Shown in pieces: positions 39,521 to 49,329 of a stretch of 64,000 bases of DNA. Source of the stretch: a virus; IMG/VR virus record IMGVR_UViG_3300042893_001481. The stretch is one strand, 5' to 3'. Under the pieces are notes generated by a model. The model was not told the origin of the DNA. It was given only the letters and a program-made list of their open reading frames with translations, and ran no database searches. The translations under genes were made by a program, and so were the position numbers. Each line of letters starts with the position of its first letter. Within the stretch, counting starts at the first letter, position 1.

Positions 39521-40176
39521 GTACATTAAACAAAATAGCACAAAGTTATGGAACTGATAAAAGTTCCGATTGTCACAATTATTGTGATAAATACTCTAAT
39601 TATCTTCCATTCAAAAGATATGATAAACTAAACATCATGGAGATTGGTGTATTAGACGGACAATCTGTAAAAACATGGAAAGAATATTTCTATCGTTCCA
39701 ATATATTAGGTATCGATATTAACCCTGATTGTAAGAAGTATGAGGAATCAGGTATATCAGTTGAGATAGGTTCACAAGCTGACGGTAACTTCCTATCAAG
39801 AATTTGGCAACAATACGGACCATTTGACATGATATTAGATGATGGTTCACATATGAATAGTCACGTGATATTTTCATTTGAACATTTATTTCAATCTGTA
39901 AAATCGGGTGGTATATATATTGTTGAAGATTGTGCAACATCATATTGGAGTCATTGGGAAGGTGGTTATCTTAAAGAAACAACAATGATGGAATATTTTA
40001 AAAGATTAACCGATGATGTAAATTTTAGAGGGGTAATGAATCTCGATAAACCAAATGTTCATGCAAGAAGAGAAGATTGGTGTACGGAAACATTATTAAA
40101 AGAACAATCAGATTGTAGAACGGACATTGAATCCATAACATTCCTTAATGGAATAATATTAATTAGAAAACGTTAA
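39517..40176 (+). CDS. Class I SAM O-methyltransferase (sugar O-methyltransferase-like)
   Basis: YGTDK, MEIGV..G.S, GSQAD, FDMILDDGSH, GGIYIVED. Confidence 0.85.
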   Translation: MSTLNKIAQSYGTDKSSDCHNYCDKYSNYLPFKRYDKLNIMEIGVLDGQSVKTWKEYFYRSNILGIDINPDCKKYEESGISVEIGSQADGNFLSRIWQQYGPFDMILDDGSHMNSHVIFSFEHLFQSVKSGGIYIVEDCATSYWSHWEGGYLKETTMMEYFKRLTDDVNFRGVMNLDKPNVHARREDWCTETLLKEQSDCRTDIESITFLNGIILIRKR

Positions 40177-40186
40177 AATATAATAC

Positions 40187-42322
40187 ATGATTTTTGAAGA
40201 TGATATTTTTGTTATCGATTGTTGGACTGACACGGTAAGTAAAGAGAATGACTTAATTAGTTTAATTAAAATATTAAAAGAATTTAATATTCCAATCTTA
40301 TTAACCGGTCACTATGCGGTTAAACCTGAAATACAAAAAATGGTCGATTACTATTTGTTCGATAAAAATAATGATTTATTAATGGAATCTGAATTTGAAC
40401 AATATGGTGTAAACAGTGGTCGATGGACTGACATGGGTTTATGGAAAGCAGAAAATAAAAACGAATTTCATCATGATTATGCTATATGGTGTACAATGAG
40501 AAACGCGTTTAAGTTTGTTAAAACACTTGGTAAAAAACATATCCATTTCTTTGAATATGATAACATACCTGACCCCATACAATATAGACAAGCATTTTTA
40601 GAGTACAGTAGAAATTACGATGCTATATTATATGAATATAACGAGGGTTCAAGTAAAGACAAACATTTTGCTGAATATTGTGCAACATTCATATTCTCAA
40701 TTAAAACTGACATTGCAATTCAGGTAATTGATAAAGTTAATTCAAAGTACGAATATTTTGCAAATAGACCAAAGGGATGGCAGTTAGAAAGAGTTTTCCT
40801 ACAACATCTAAAAGAGGTTACAGATAGTATATTCATATCAAAATATATTGCAAACAGTAATGAATTAAACACCCAAGCGGTTTGGAACAGAGACGGTATG
40901 GATAGAGGTGGTGCTCGTTTTCAAATCTATTTAGTTGGTGACGAACAAGAAAACCTATACTTCCACTTTCTTTCTGGATTTCATGAAAAACCAGCAGACA
41001 AAGATTATTTGATTGAAGTAAATTATGGTGATTTTAAATCTTTCTATACAATTAAAAGGGGTGAGTCATCAATTTTAAAGGTTGGGAAATATAATAAAGG
41101 AGAAAGAGCCAAAGTATTTTACCAAGGACTCAACGTTTTTGATGAATACCTAAAAGACGATTATGATGAATTTAGAAGAAAGAATAAATTAACAAGAAAA
41201 AACATCAACACAAATAGACAAGTGTCAATTCATAATATTGATGGACCATTTGTTGAAATTAAAGAAGATGGTGATTATTTGTACGAAGTTAAATTTATTA
41301 ATTTAAAAAATAATAAAGTTGAATATCAAACAAACCTAAAAAGTAATCATTGGTCTAGATGTGCTATAAAATATTATGTTGATTGGAAAATAACCATTAA
41401 GGGTGTTGATAATGATTTTTACGGAGAGTATCCGATAGTGGTTAAAGGAGGAAGAGTGTTTATTTGTTTTGAAAGTAAATCACTTGGTGACACGTTAGCC
41501 TTCATGCCATATGTTGAAAAATTCAAAATAGATAAAGAGGTAAGGGTTATTTGTTCTACTTTCCACAATTACTTATTTAAGGACCAATATCCTGACATTG
41601 AATTTGTTGAACCGGGTTCTAGTGTTTCAAACATAAATGCATTATATAGATTGGGTGTTTTTTATAAAGGAAATGGACAAAATAGGGAGATTGATTTGAC
41701 ATATCACCCATACGACCCAAAAAGTTTACCATTGTTAAAAATACCATCCGATATTTTAGGATTAAAATATGTGGAGAAAAAACCAAAATTAAAGAAATTT
41801 AAAGTTAAAAAACAAAAAAGGGTTTGTATAGCCATACATTCGACCGCACAGGCAAAATATTGGAATAATCCACTTGGTTGGCAAGAAGTTGTTGATTATT
41901 TAACAGAGAAAGGGTATGAGGTTAGATTATTATCAAAAGAAGAAGATGGGTATATGGGTAATATAAACCCCAAAGGAGTCACTCAACAACCTGTTGGGTC
42001 TTTAGAAACCATTATGAAAACACTACAAGAGTCTGAATTATTTATTGGAATTAGTAGTGGTTTAAGTTGGTTATCTTGGGCCACAGATACTCCTACAATA
42101 ATAATTTCAGGATTCACAGATATCGACTTAGAACCTTTAGAGGGTGGAGTGTCACGTATTATTAATAAAGAAGTTTGTCATGGTTGTTGGTCAACCCATG
42201 AATTTAATCCAGGAGATTGGAATTGGTGCCCAATTCACAAAGGAACTGAGAGAGAATTTGAATGTTCTAAAAAAATAACATCAAAAAGTGTAATCGACAA
42301 AATAAATTTTATATTATTTTAG
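40187..42322 (+). CDS. Protein with C-terminal Aah/TibC-like (autotransporter O-heptosyltransferase, GT9-like) domain
   Basis: SKSLGDT.A.MPY, CIAIHSTAQAKYWNN..GW, FIGISSGLSWLSW, CHGCW...CP.H...FECSK.I. Confidence 0.75.
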   Translation: MIFEDDIFVIDCWTDTVSKENDLISLIKILKEFNIPILLTGHYAVKPEIQKMVDYYLFDKNNDLLMESEFEQYGVNSGRWTDMGLWKAENKNEFHHDYAIWCTMRNAFKFVKTLGKKHIHFFEYDNIPDPIQYRQAFLEYSRNYDAILYEYNEGSSKDKHFAEYCATFIFSIKTDIAIQVIDKVNSKYEYFANRPKGWQLERVFLQHLKEVTDSIFISKYIANSNELNTQAVWNRDGMDRGGARFQIYLVGDEQENLYFHFLSGFHEKPADKDYLIEVNYGDFKSFYTIKRGESSILKVGKYNKGERAKVFYQGLNVFDEYLKDDYDEFRRKNKLTRKNINTNRQVSIHNIDGPFVEIKEDGDYLYEVKFINLKNNKVEYQTNLKSNHWSRCAIKYYVDWKITIKGVDNDFYGEYPIVVKGGRVFICFESKSLGDTLAFMPYVEKFKIDKEVRVICSTFHNYLFKDQYPDIEFVEPGSSVSNINALYRLGVFYKGNGQNREIDLTYHPYDPKSLPLLKIPSDILGLKYVEKKPKLKKFKVKKQKRVCIAIHSTAQAKYWNNPLGWQEVVDYLTEKGYEVRLLSKEEDGYMGNINPKGVTQQPVGSLETIMKTLQESELFIGISSGLSWLSWATDTPTIIISGFTDIDLEPLEGGVSRIINKEVCHGCWSTHEFNPGDWNWCPIHKGTEREFECSKKITSKSVIDKINFILF

Positions 42323-42382
42323 ATTTCTTTGTCCCAAATAAAAATATTGAAGTATTTATTGTTGTATAATACAATATAAGAT

Positions 42383-44179
42383 ATGAATATATTTGATCCA
42401 GTAGTAACCGGTTCCTTAATGGTATCAGGTTCAGCAACAATAACAGGTGATTTGATTGTAACGGGTACGTTACGAGCAAACATTGAAGGTAGCGTTGGTG
42501 GTGGAGCAACCACGGGTTCCAACACTTTTCAAGGAAACCAAACAATAAACGGTGATTTATTTGTTACGGGAAACTTAACAGCTCAACAATATATTGTGAG
42601 TTCATCTGTTTATTATGTGACAGAGTCTACATTGAGCGGTTCGAATACATTCGGTAACGATTCTTTAGACTTTCATAATTTTACAGGTTCCGTTAATATC
42701 CTTGGTGATTTAAAATTAAACGGACAAACATATACATCACAAACTTCAGGAACGTCAGGTTCTAGTGGTTCTTCAGGAACAGCTGGTTCTTCAGGAACAG
42801 CGGGAACTTCAGGTTCTAGTGGTTCATCAGGAACGGCTGGTACTTCAGGTTCTAGTGGTTCATCAGGAACTTCAGGTTCTAGTGGTTCATCAGGAACTTC
42901 AGGTTCTAGTGGTTCATCAGGAACGGCTGGTACTTCAGGTTCTAGTGGTTCATCAGGAACAGCCGGTACTTCAGGTTCTAGTGGTTCATCAGGAACGGCT
43001 GGTACTTCAGGTTCTAGTGGTTCTTCAGGAACTTCAGGTTCTAGTGGTTCTTCAGGAACGGCAGGTACATCAGGTACGTCGGTAACAGTATCGGGTACAA
43101 ACAACGTACTTGGTAAATTCAGTTCAGGAACTATGGTTAACTCATTAGTAACTGATGATGGTACAACAGTTACAATTGGTGGTAATTTAACTGTTAATGG
43201 TACAACAACTACGGTTAATTCAAATACGGTTAATATTGGAGATAACATTTTAATTCTTAATTCAGATGAAATAGGTACCCCATCACAAAATGGTGGTATT
43301 GAAATTGAAAGAGGAACATCTACAAATGCAAGTTTAATATGGGACGAAACTGCGGATGTGTGGGAAGCTGGTTTGACTGGTGCCGAAGTACCAATTGTTA
43401 CAACAACTGGTACACAAACACTTACAAACAAAACAATAAATGCATCTCAATTAGTTGACGCATCGGTTGCTAACGGTAAATTAACTAACTCATCTGTAAC
43501 GGTTTCAGCAGGAACAGGTATGAGTGGTGGTGGTGCGGTATCGTTAGGAGGTACTGTGACATTAACAAACGCAGGTGTAACGTCAATCACAACAAATACA
43601 GGTTTAAGTTCAAACGTAAGTGCAACAGGAGCAGTTACAATCACAAATACTATTACTAACAATAACCAATTAACCAATGGTGCTGGATATCTTTCAACCG
43701 CTGTAACATCGGCGGTAGCGGGTACAGGTGTTGGTGTAAGTGCTGCAACAGGAGCAGTTACGTTCTCAATCGGTCAAGCGGTGGCAACATCATCAAATGT
43801 TCAATTTAACGCTTTAGGTGTTGGAACGGCAGCAGGTGCAACAGCAGGTCTCATTAGAGCAACCAACGACGTTATTGCATTCTACAGTTCTGATGAAAGA
43901 TTAAAGGAGAATGTGTTGACAATACCAAATTCTTTAGATATATTAAAACAAATCAATGGATACTCTTTCGATTGGATTCCAATGGAAGGAGTTCATGAGA
44001 ATGAAGGTCACGACATAGGGGTGATAGCTCAAGAAGTTGAGAAAGTTCTACCTGAAGTTGTAACAACAAGAGATAATGGTTATAAAGCTGTTAAATATGA
44101 AAAATTGGTCGCTTTGTTAATCCAAACAAATAAAGAATTGTTAGAGAGAGTTGAGGCACTTGAAGCCAAAATAAAATAA
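42383..44179 (+). CDS. Tail fibre/virion protein with Gly/Ser/Thr repeats and C-terminal S74-type intramolecular chaperone
   Basis: GSL.V.G beta repeats, GTSGSSGSS block, SSDERLKEN...F.W...GVIAQEVE.VLPE.V...V.YEKL..LL + coiled coil. Confidence 0.85.
   Translation: MNIFDPVVTGSLMVSGSATITGDLIVTGTLRANIEGSVGGGATTGSNTFQGNQTINGDLFVTGNLTAQQYIVSSSVYYVTESTLSGSNTFGNDSLDFHNFTGSVNILGDLKLNGQTYTSQTSGTSGSSGSSGTAGSSGTAGTSGSSGSSGTAGTSGSSGSSGTSGSSGSSGTSGSSGSSGTAGTSGSSGSSGTAGTSGSSGSSGTAGTSGSSGSSGTSGSSGSSGTAGTSGTSVTVSGTNNVLGKFSSGTMVNSLVTDDGTTVTIGGNLTVNGTTTTVNSNTVNIGDNILILNSDEIGTPSQNGGIEIERGTSTNASLIWDETADVWEAGLTGAEVPIVTTTGTQTLTNKTINASQLVDASVANGKLTNSSVTVSAGTGMSGGGAVSLGGTVTLTNAGVTSITTNTGLSSNVSATGAVTITNTITNNNQLTNGAGYLSTAVTSAVAGTGVGVSAATGAVTFSIGQAVATSSNVQFNALGVGTAAGATAGLIRATNDVIAFYSSDERLKENVLTIPNSLDILKQINGYSFDWIPMEGVHENEGHDIGVIAQEVEKVLPEVVTTRDNGYKAVKYEKLVALLIQTNKELLERVEALEAKIK
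42742..43080 (+). repeat. Tandem 27/36-bp repeats encoding GTSGSSGSS(GTA)
   Basis: Repeated TCAGGTTCTAGTGGTTC(A/T)TCAGGAAC units, with or without a GTA codon triplet. Confidence 0.95.
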
Positions 44180-44190
44180 TAGAAGAATAT

Positions 44191-44228
44191 AATACCTATC
44201 ATGTTGATAAAAAGATATGATAGGTATT
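44191..44228 (+). promoter_or_regulatory. Perfect 12-bp inverted repeat (hairpin) after the fibre gene
   Basis: AATACCTATCAT (44191-44202), 14-nt loop, ATGATAGGTATT (44217-44228). Confidence 0.5.
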
Positions 44229-44252
44229 TATAAAATATAATTTAAATAAGAA

Positions 44253-44477
44253 ATGGCTTTAGTTAGTGTTATACCAGCAACAGGATCAGAAATAAGTATG
44301 GGTAGAATTGCGGGAGCGATGGGTCTAGCCACTACAAACGTTGGTTTAAATTCAACATTAGGTGTAAATCGTTCTAAATTATCAGGTTCAGTAGCACAAA
44401 ACACAAATATTGCAGCCTCAGGTACAACACAAGAAGGTACCGATTTTGGTGGAATGTCATCTTCATTCACATATTAA
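44253..44477 (+). CDS. Small Gly/Ser/Thr-rich, probably virion-associated protein
   Basis: 74 aa, IPATGSEISMG.I; follows the fibre gene. Confidence 0.55.
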   Translation: MALVSVIPATGSEISMGRIAGAMGLATTNVGLNSTLGVNRSKLSGSVAQNTNIAASGTTQEGTDFGGMSSSFTY

Positions 44478-44518
44478 TTTTACATTTTCAATTTTTTTAC
44501 TTATATTAATATCAGATT

Positions 44519-44965
44519 ATGGATATTAATTATAAAAATTTCCCAAGTAAATACGAACTATATTACATTAAATGGAATGGTATTGGATTTGATAAAGACA
44601 AACTAATACTATTCGTTAAACGTATTAAATGGTTAAAATTCCTATCTATCTTCTCATCATCTAAAAGAGAAGAGTTACAAATCCTATTAGAAATTTATAG
44701 TCAATATAATGAAGATACCTTAAAGGGTATCCTTAACAACGACGAAACCATATCAAGATGGGCACTCATTGAAAAATGGGCTCGAATTGCCGCAATTGAT
44801 ATTCTATTAACCAATTCCTTTTCAAGAGGTACATACACAATAATCAGTAACTTCCCTATTAAAGATTTTCAATTGGTCATGAAACGAATTGAAGAGATGG
44901 TTAAATTGGGTAGAGAGGTTACACATCAATCAGATGACATTTCAAACGACATTCCAGGACTATGA
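44519..44965 (+). CDS. Hypothetical protein
   Basis: 148-aa ORF coupled to the next gene (ATGA). Confidence 0.6.
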   Translation: MDINYKNFPSKYELYYIKWNGIGFDKDKLILFVKRIKWLKFLSIFSSSKREELQILLEIYSQYNEDTLKGILNNDETISRWALIEKWARIAAIDILLTNSFSRGTYTIISNFPIKDFQLVMKRIEEMVKLGREVTHQSDDISNDIPGL

Positions 44966-45603
44966 GTAAATCATTCTATAACAGTTCCATATGGGACGGT
45001 AAAACTTGCAAATTATCAATTTTAGTACCAACAAGAGACATGGTACATGCACACTTTTCATATTGTTTAGCTCAATTAATGAAGACAACATCAGAAATGG
45101 GGATTGATACTTATTTGTTTTACGATTCAAGTACAATTCTATTAAACCAAAGGGAAAAATTAATAGAAAAAGCTAAAGAAGTTAAATCTGACTATGTGTT
45201 GTGGTTAGATAGTGATATGATGTTCCCATCAACCACCGCATTACGTCTTTTAGAACACAATAAGGACATCATTGCATGTAACTATATGAAACGTACCAAA
45301 GGAGATAAAACGGTCGCATACACGGACGTAAGTGATTGGGATACGTGGTTACCACTAGATAAGATAGATGGACTTGTTAAAGTCGAAGGAGTTGGTATGG
45401 GATGTATGTTAATGAAAACAAATGTGTTCAGTAAATTGATTAAACCATACTTTGAGTTCACATATAAAGAGGACAGTCAAGATTGGTATGGTGAAGATTT
45501 TAATCTTCTTGCTAAACTTAGGAAGTTAGGATACGATGTTTATATCGACACTGTATTAAGTAAAGATATTAAACACATTGGTAATTACGCTTTCGGAGTC
45601 TGA
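44962..45603 (+). CDS. GT-A fold (GT2-like) glycosyltransferase
   Basis: ILVPTRD, LWLDSDM, GMGCMLM, GEDF, HIG. Confidence 0.8.
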   Translation: MSKSFYNSSIWDGKTCKLSILVPTRDMVHAHFSYCLAQLMKTTSEMGIDTYLFYDSSTILLNQREKLIEKAKEVKSDYVLWLDSDMMFPSTTALRLLEHNKDIIACNYMKRTKGDKTVAYTDVSDWDTWLPLDKIDGLVKVEGVGMGCMLMKTNVFSKLIKPYFEFTYKEDSQDWYGEDFNLLAKLRKLGYDVYIDTVLSKDIKHIGNYAFGV

Positions 45604-46703
45604 AAATCTTTCTTTATAACAATTTTCATATTACCAATCTCATACTCACCTGGTTCATAATGTGGAATGGACAATCGTAACGTATAGAGGGTGTATATGT
45701 CTTGGTCAGTAAACTCATTTATCTCATATATCAATACATCAGATATGTTAACAAACGTGAATTTTGATTTTAAATCGTAATTCGTGTTAGGTTGTTCTTC
45801 ATTAATATAATCTTCTGGAATATCACCAACAAAAATCTTATCAAAAAAAGGTTCTAATTGACCTAACCTATTTTTATTACGAGTGATTAAACTCATATTA
45901 AAAGTTTCAAATTTAAATATAGAATCCTCCCAATATCTTAACTCATTAAATGATTTGATTGGTATACCCCATTTTCTAATAAAATTTTTATTAGAGTTGA
46001 ATTCAATTTTATGTCTATCATTTTTAATCTCATCATTGAACCTTGAAGTTTGGGAAACAAAATGATATGTGATTGCACTTTCACAAGTCATTAACTTATA
46101 ACCTTTAAGTTTTGCTCTAATTAAGAAATCGTCATCTTCACAAAAACATGGTTTAAAACTAAACCCATCAAATCCCCCCACATCCTCAAACATTTTTTTA
46201 TAACCACTCATAAAGAAAACTGCACCTGAATATAGGGTATCACTATCTTTCCATTGATGAACATATTCATTAAACTTACGGTCATCAAAATCCAAAAAGT
46301 TAGAACCTAAATCTAATATCACTTTACCTGGTCTTTTATGACCTTCAAATATTGGTGGCTCAATTGTGGTATATGATAATAACATATCAGGAGTAAGTAA
46401 TCTTTCAATTGATTCTAAAAATCCTTCACCAATTACCATGTCATTATGTATAAGAACTAATTTTTCAGTATCAACAAGTTTTATACCTGAATTGTAATTG
46501 TCTGAAAACGTCAATCTCTCATCATCATGAATATATGAAAGGTTATCATCATCCAAAGATTCTAACCATTCTTTAGTTCCATCAGATGAACCACCACTAC
46601 TAATCACCAACGGAGCACTCGGATAGATTTTGCGTAACCTACTATAACATTCTTTTGTTAATTCTAATCTATTATAAACCGCCAAAACAAAACTAATATT
46701 CAT
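45585..46703 (-). CDS. GT2 glycosyltransferase
   Basis: LAVYNR, SSDGT.EWL, HNDM, GGFD, EDDDF..R, YHF.S. Confidence 0.9.
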   Translation of the reverse strand: MNISFVLAVYNRLELTKECYSRLRKIYPSAPLVISSGGSSDGTKEWLESLDDDNLSYIHDDERLTFSDNYNSGIKLVDTEKLVLIHNDMVIGEGFLESIERLLTPDMLLSYTTIEPPIFEGHKRPGKVILDLGSNFLDFDDRKFNEYVHQWKDSDTLYSGAVFFMSGYKKMFEDVGGFDGFSFKPCFCEDDDFLIRAKLKGYKLMTCESAITYHFVSQTSRFNDEIKNDRHKIEFNSNKNFIRKWGIPIKSFNELRYWEDSIFKFETFNMSLITRNKNRLGQLEPFFDKIFVGDIPEDYINEEQPNTNYDLKSKFTFVNISDVLIYEINEFTDQDIYTLYTLRLSIPHYEPGEYEIGNMKIVIKKDFQTPKA

Positions 46704-46708
46704 TATTT

Positions 46709-46852
46709 TTAAATTCTACTATATAAATTATTTTGACGCTCTTGTCTTTCAATTGTTTTATGGTGTTGAATACAATATTCTTCATCATCAGGTAATGACG
46801 CAAATTTACTACCACCGATAATTCTTTCATGTACTCTATTATACCAACTCAT
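46709..46852 (-). pseudogene. 47-aa diverged duplicate of the C-terminus of the GT2 gene at 47460-48080
   Basis: MSWYNRVHERIIGGSKFASLPDDEEYCIQHHKTIERQERQNNLYSRI versus MTWYGKVHERIVGGQKFSSLPLDEEYCIQHHKTIERQEKQNNLYNSL. Confidence 0.85.
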
Positions 46853-47463
46853 ACTTTATAATAATTTTCTTTTAAATCGTTTTCATTTATATAATTTATT
46901 TTTTTCATAATAACTTGGTAACCATTGTGTACTATTTCTAAATATTTGTGATAACCATGATAAAATGCATCCGCCCCTGTTTTAACCTGTAAATATTGTT
47001 CTTGTTCAAGTCCACCACCATAGTCGTCGAATATAATGTAACCATTATTTTTTAAACAGTAAAATGCATTTACAGCATCTTCTAAAACATATTTTGACAT
47101 ATGGTTACCATCAATATAAACAAAATCTAAAAATTCTTTTGTTTCACCATTATGATTAAACATTTTAAAACTATCGGCCGATTCCCCTAAAATGTATGTA
47201 ACCTTATTATCGTATGGTTTAATGTTATTTTCAATAAACTCATTTGTATTAATATCCATGATATAATGTTGAGAACCATTCATTTTACAAAAGTTCTCTA
47301 GAATATAAACTGAAGATCCACCATATAACGCACCAATTTCTAAACACACTCTTGGTTCATCACCATAGTTAGGTAAAAAATGTTCCCACGCATCTACATG
47401 ATTTAAAAAGAAATAACGTTCTCCTTCGGGATATTTAAAATGTTCCGGATATTGATAACTCAT
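46849..47463 (-). CDS. Class I SAM methyltransferase (Methyltransf_24-like)
   Basis: LEIGALYGGS, DFVYIDGNH, GYIIFDDY. Confidence 0.85.
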   Translation of the reverse strand: MSYQYPEHFKYPEGERYFFLNHVDAWEHFLPNYGDEPRVCLEIGALYGGSSVYILENFCKMNGSQHYIMDINTNEFIENNIKPYDNKVTYILGESADSFKMFNHNGETKEFLDFVYIDGNHMSKYVLEDAVNAFYCLKNNGYIIFDDYGGGLEQEQYLQVKTGADAFYHGYHKYLEIVHNGYQVIMKKINYINENDLKENYYKV

Positions 47464-48080
47464 AATGAATTGTATAAATTGTTTTGTTTTTCTTGACGTT
47501 CAATTGTCTTATGATGTTGAATACAATATTCTTCATCCAATGGTAATGATGAGAATTTCTGACCACCAACTATTCGTTCATGAACTTTACCGTACCATGT
47601 CATTCCTTTACGATATACTCGTCCCTGTGCGTCCGGAAAGTTAACCCATCCATTTTCATTAACTCTCCAACCCCACTTAACAACATGTTCATATGTGATA
47701 CCTGAAACAGTATTAATTCTTGGTACAAATATTAAATCAACGTTGGGATTCAATTCTAATATTTCATGAAGATTTTTAACCATGTACTCACTAATCATTT
47801 CATCAGCATCAATTTGATAAATGTAATCACCAGTACAGTAATCATTTAATTTATTCTTCCAATCGGCAAAGTTGTTGTTCCAATCAATACTTCTCCAAGT
47901 TTGTACATTTGGTTTGATATTATATGGTAATAAGAAATCTAATATTTCTTTATTACCATTATTTTCATCATATAATATTACTATCTCGTCATGAATTCTC
48001 TTGTGTTCTAATAGGAACGGAACTAATCTCTTTATCTCCTCCAGTTCATTACAAACTGTTATTGCGTAACTTATTTTCAT
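47460..48080 (-). CDS. GT2 glycosyltransferase
   Basis: ISYAITVCNE, QIDADE, PRIN, W.GKVHE. Confidence 0.85.
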   Translation of the reverse strand: MKISYAITVCNELEEIKRLVPFLLEHKRIHDEIVILYDENNGNKEILDFLLPYNIKPNVQTWRSIDWNNNFADWKNKLNDYCTGDYIYQIDADEMISEYMVKNLHEILELNPNVDLIFVPRINTVSGITYEHVVKWGWRVNENGWVNFPDAQGRVYRKGMTWYGKVHERIVGGQKFSSLPLDEEYCIQHHKTIERQEKQNNLYNSL

Positions 48081-49024
48081 AAACTATTAATATATTGTTT
48101 TAATCTATCTTGAGGTTTCCAATTTAATTTATTTAATGCATCATTATTCTCTCTTAAAGTTTCTTGGTAGTTACCTTTTTGATTGGGAATATATTTTACC
48201 TCACACCCAAACCTATCCACCAACATATGGGAAATTTCATTGATGGAATAATTAAATCCAGTACCAAATTCCCAACCGTCTTCGTGTTTCTCATTAGTAA
48301 ATCCAAGTTTATATAACCCATCAACAATATCATCTATGTGAGTGAAATCTCTACGTTGTTCACCATCACCTACAATTGTTATTGGTTGACCATCTCTAAT
48401 TTGTCTTCTCCACAGTCCAATAACCGCAGCCCAATCACCATCCATAATTTCATTTGGACCATACACATTATAAAATCTAGCAATTTCTATGTTTAATTTA
48501 TAAACCTCTTTATACATTTTACATATCTCCTCACCCATATGTTTATAACATGCGTATGGTGATATATGTGGATTGTGCCAACGAGATGATGAACCTGAGT
48601 AAATAACTTTACTATTAATTTTTTTAGCAAAATCACAAACAAGTTGTGTACCTGTCACATTAACTCTAAACGTTTCAGATGGATTGTTAAATGAGGGTTG
48701 AATTCTACTTAATGCTGCAAAATGGTATATCAAATCAAAGTCTTTATCCATTAAATCAATTTGTTCTATATCACCATTATGGTAATTACAACCAATGATT
48801 TCATTCTCATGTAATCCACTATTGTAATTGTCTAATGAATGAACAATATATCCTTCTTTAATTAAAAGCTTAATTAAACTTGAACCAATAAAACCCGCAC
48901 CGCCAGTTACAAGTATCTTCATAGTTTTTTTAAGATTTTTTTTATATTCATTTGCTGTCAATTCTTCACACCTCCAACACCATTCTATATCATCCGTGTC
49001 CCAAATATGTCTGTCACATTTCAT
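48077..49024 (-). CDS. NAD-dependent epimerase/dehydratase with a 34-aa Cys/His N-terminal extension
   Basis: ILVTGGAGFIG begins at 48922; YACYK, RFYNVYG, GDGEQRRDFTH. Confidence 0.85.
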   Translation of the reverse strand: MKCDRHIWDTDDIEWCWRCEELTANEYKKNLKKTMKILVTGGAGFIGSSLIKLLIKEGYIVHSLDNYNSGLHENEIIGCNYHNGDIEQIDLMDKDFDLIYHFAALSRIQPSFNNPSETFRVNVTGTQLVCDFAKKINSKVIYSGSSSRWHNPHISPYACYKHMGEEICKMYKEVYKLNIEIARFYNVYGPNEIMDGDWAAVIGLWRRQIRDGQPITIVGDGEQRRDFTHIDDIVDGLYKLGFTNEKHEDGWEFGTGFNYSINEISHMLVDRFGCEVKYIPNQKGNYQETLRENNDALNKLNWKPQDRLKQYINSL

Positions 49025-49329
49025 GCTCTATTGTCTCCTATTCTTAACCAATGATTTAGATAATCAATACCATGATTATCACCACCATTTATTCTTCTTG
49101 TTATTGTTCTTATTACATCTTCATCAATACCTCTCGCAATTTCTTCTGACATTATTCTTGTTAGTTCGGCTTCCGCGTCAATTCCATGATGTTGATTTAA
49201 ATCTTCATTCGCCTCACGAGTCCACATTGCCCTTAATGTCCTTACACCACCAGCAACGTTAACAGTATCTATGTTATTAAACACATAGGTATCTTTAACC
49301 ATCCCTTCAAAAAATATAAATTTTTTCAT
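49021..49329 (-). CDS. Small protein containing a T4 gp23-like major capsid protein segment
   Basis: RTLRAMWTREANEDLNQHHGIDAEAELTRIMSEEIARGIDEDVI matches the gp23-family motif R.LKA....E..QDL...HG.DA.AEL..I...EI..EI.REV (recalled, not searched). Confidence 0.7.
   Translation of the reverse strand: MKKFIFFEGMVKDTYVFNNIDTVNVAGGVRTLRAMWTREANEDLNQHHGIDAEAELTRIMSEEIARGIDEDVIRTITRRINGGDNHGIDYLNHWLRIGDNRA

Noticed and set aside
42742-43080. Possible CRISPR array
   Set aside because: Units are adjacent in-frame coding repeats with no unique spacers and no cas genes.
42673-43431. 252-aa minus-strand ORF with PEVPAVPDEPLE repeats, and the +1 frame ORF 42765-43085
   Set aside because: Shadow frames of the Gly/Ser/Thr repeat in the fibre gene.
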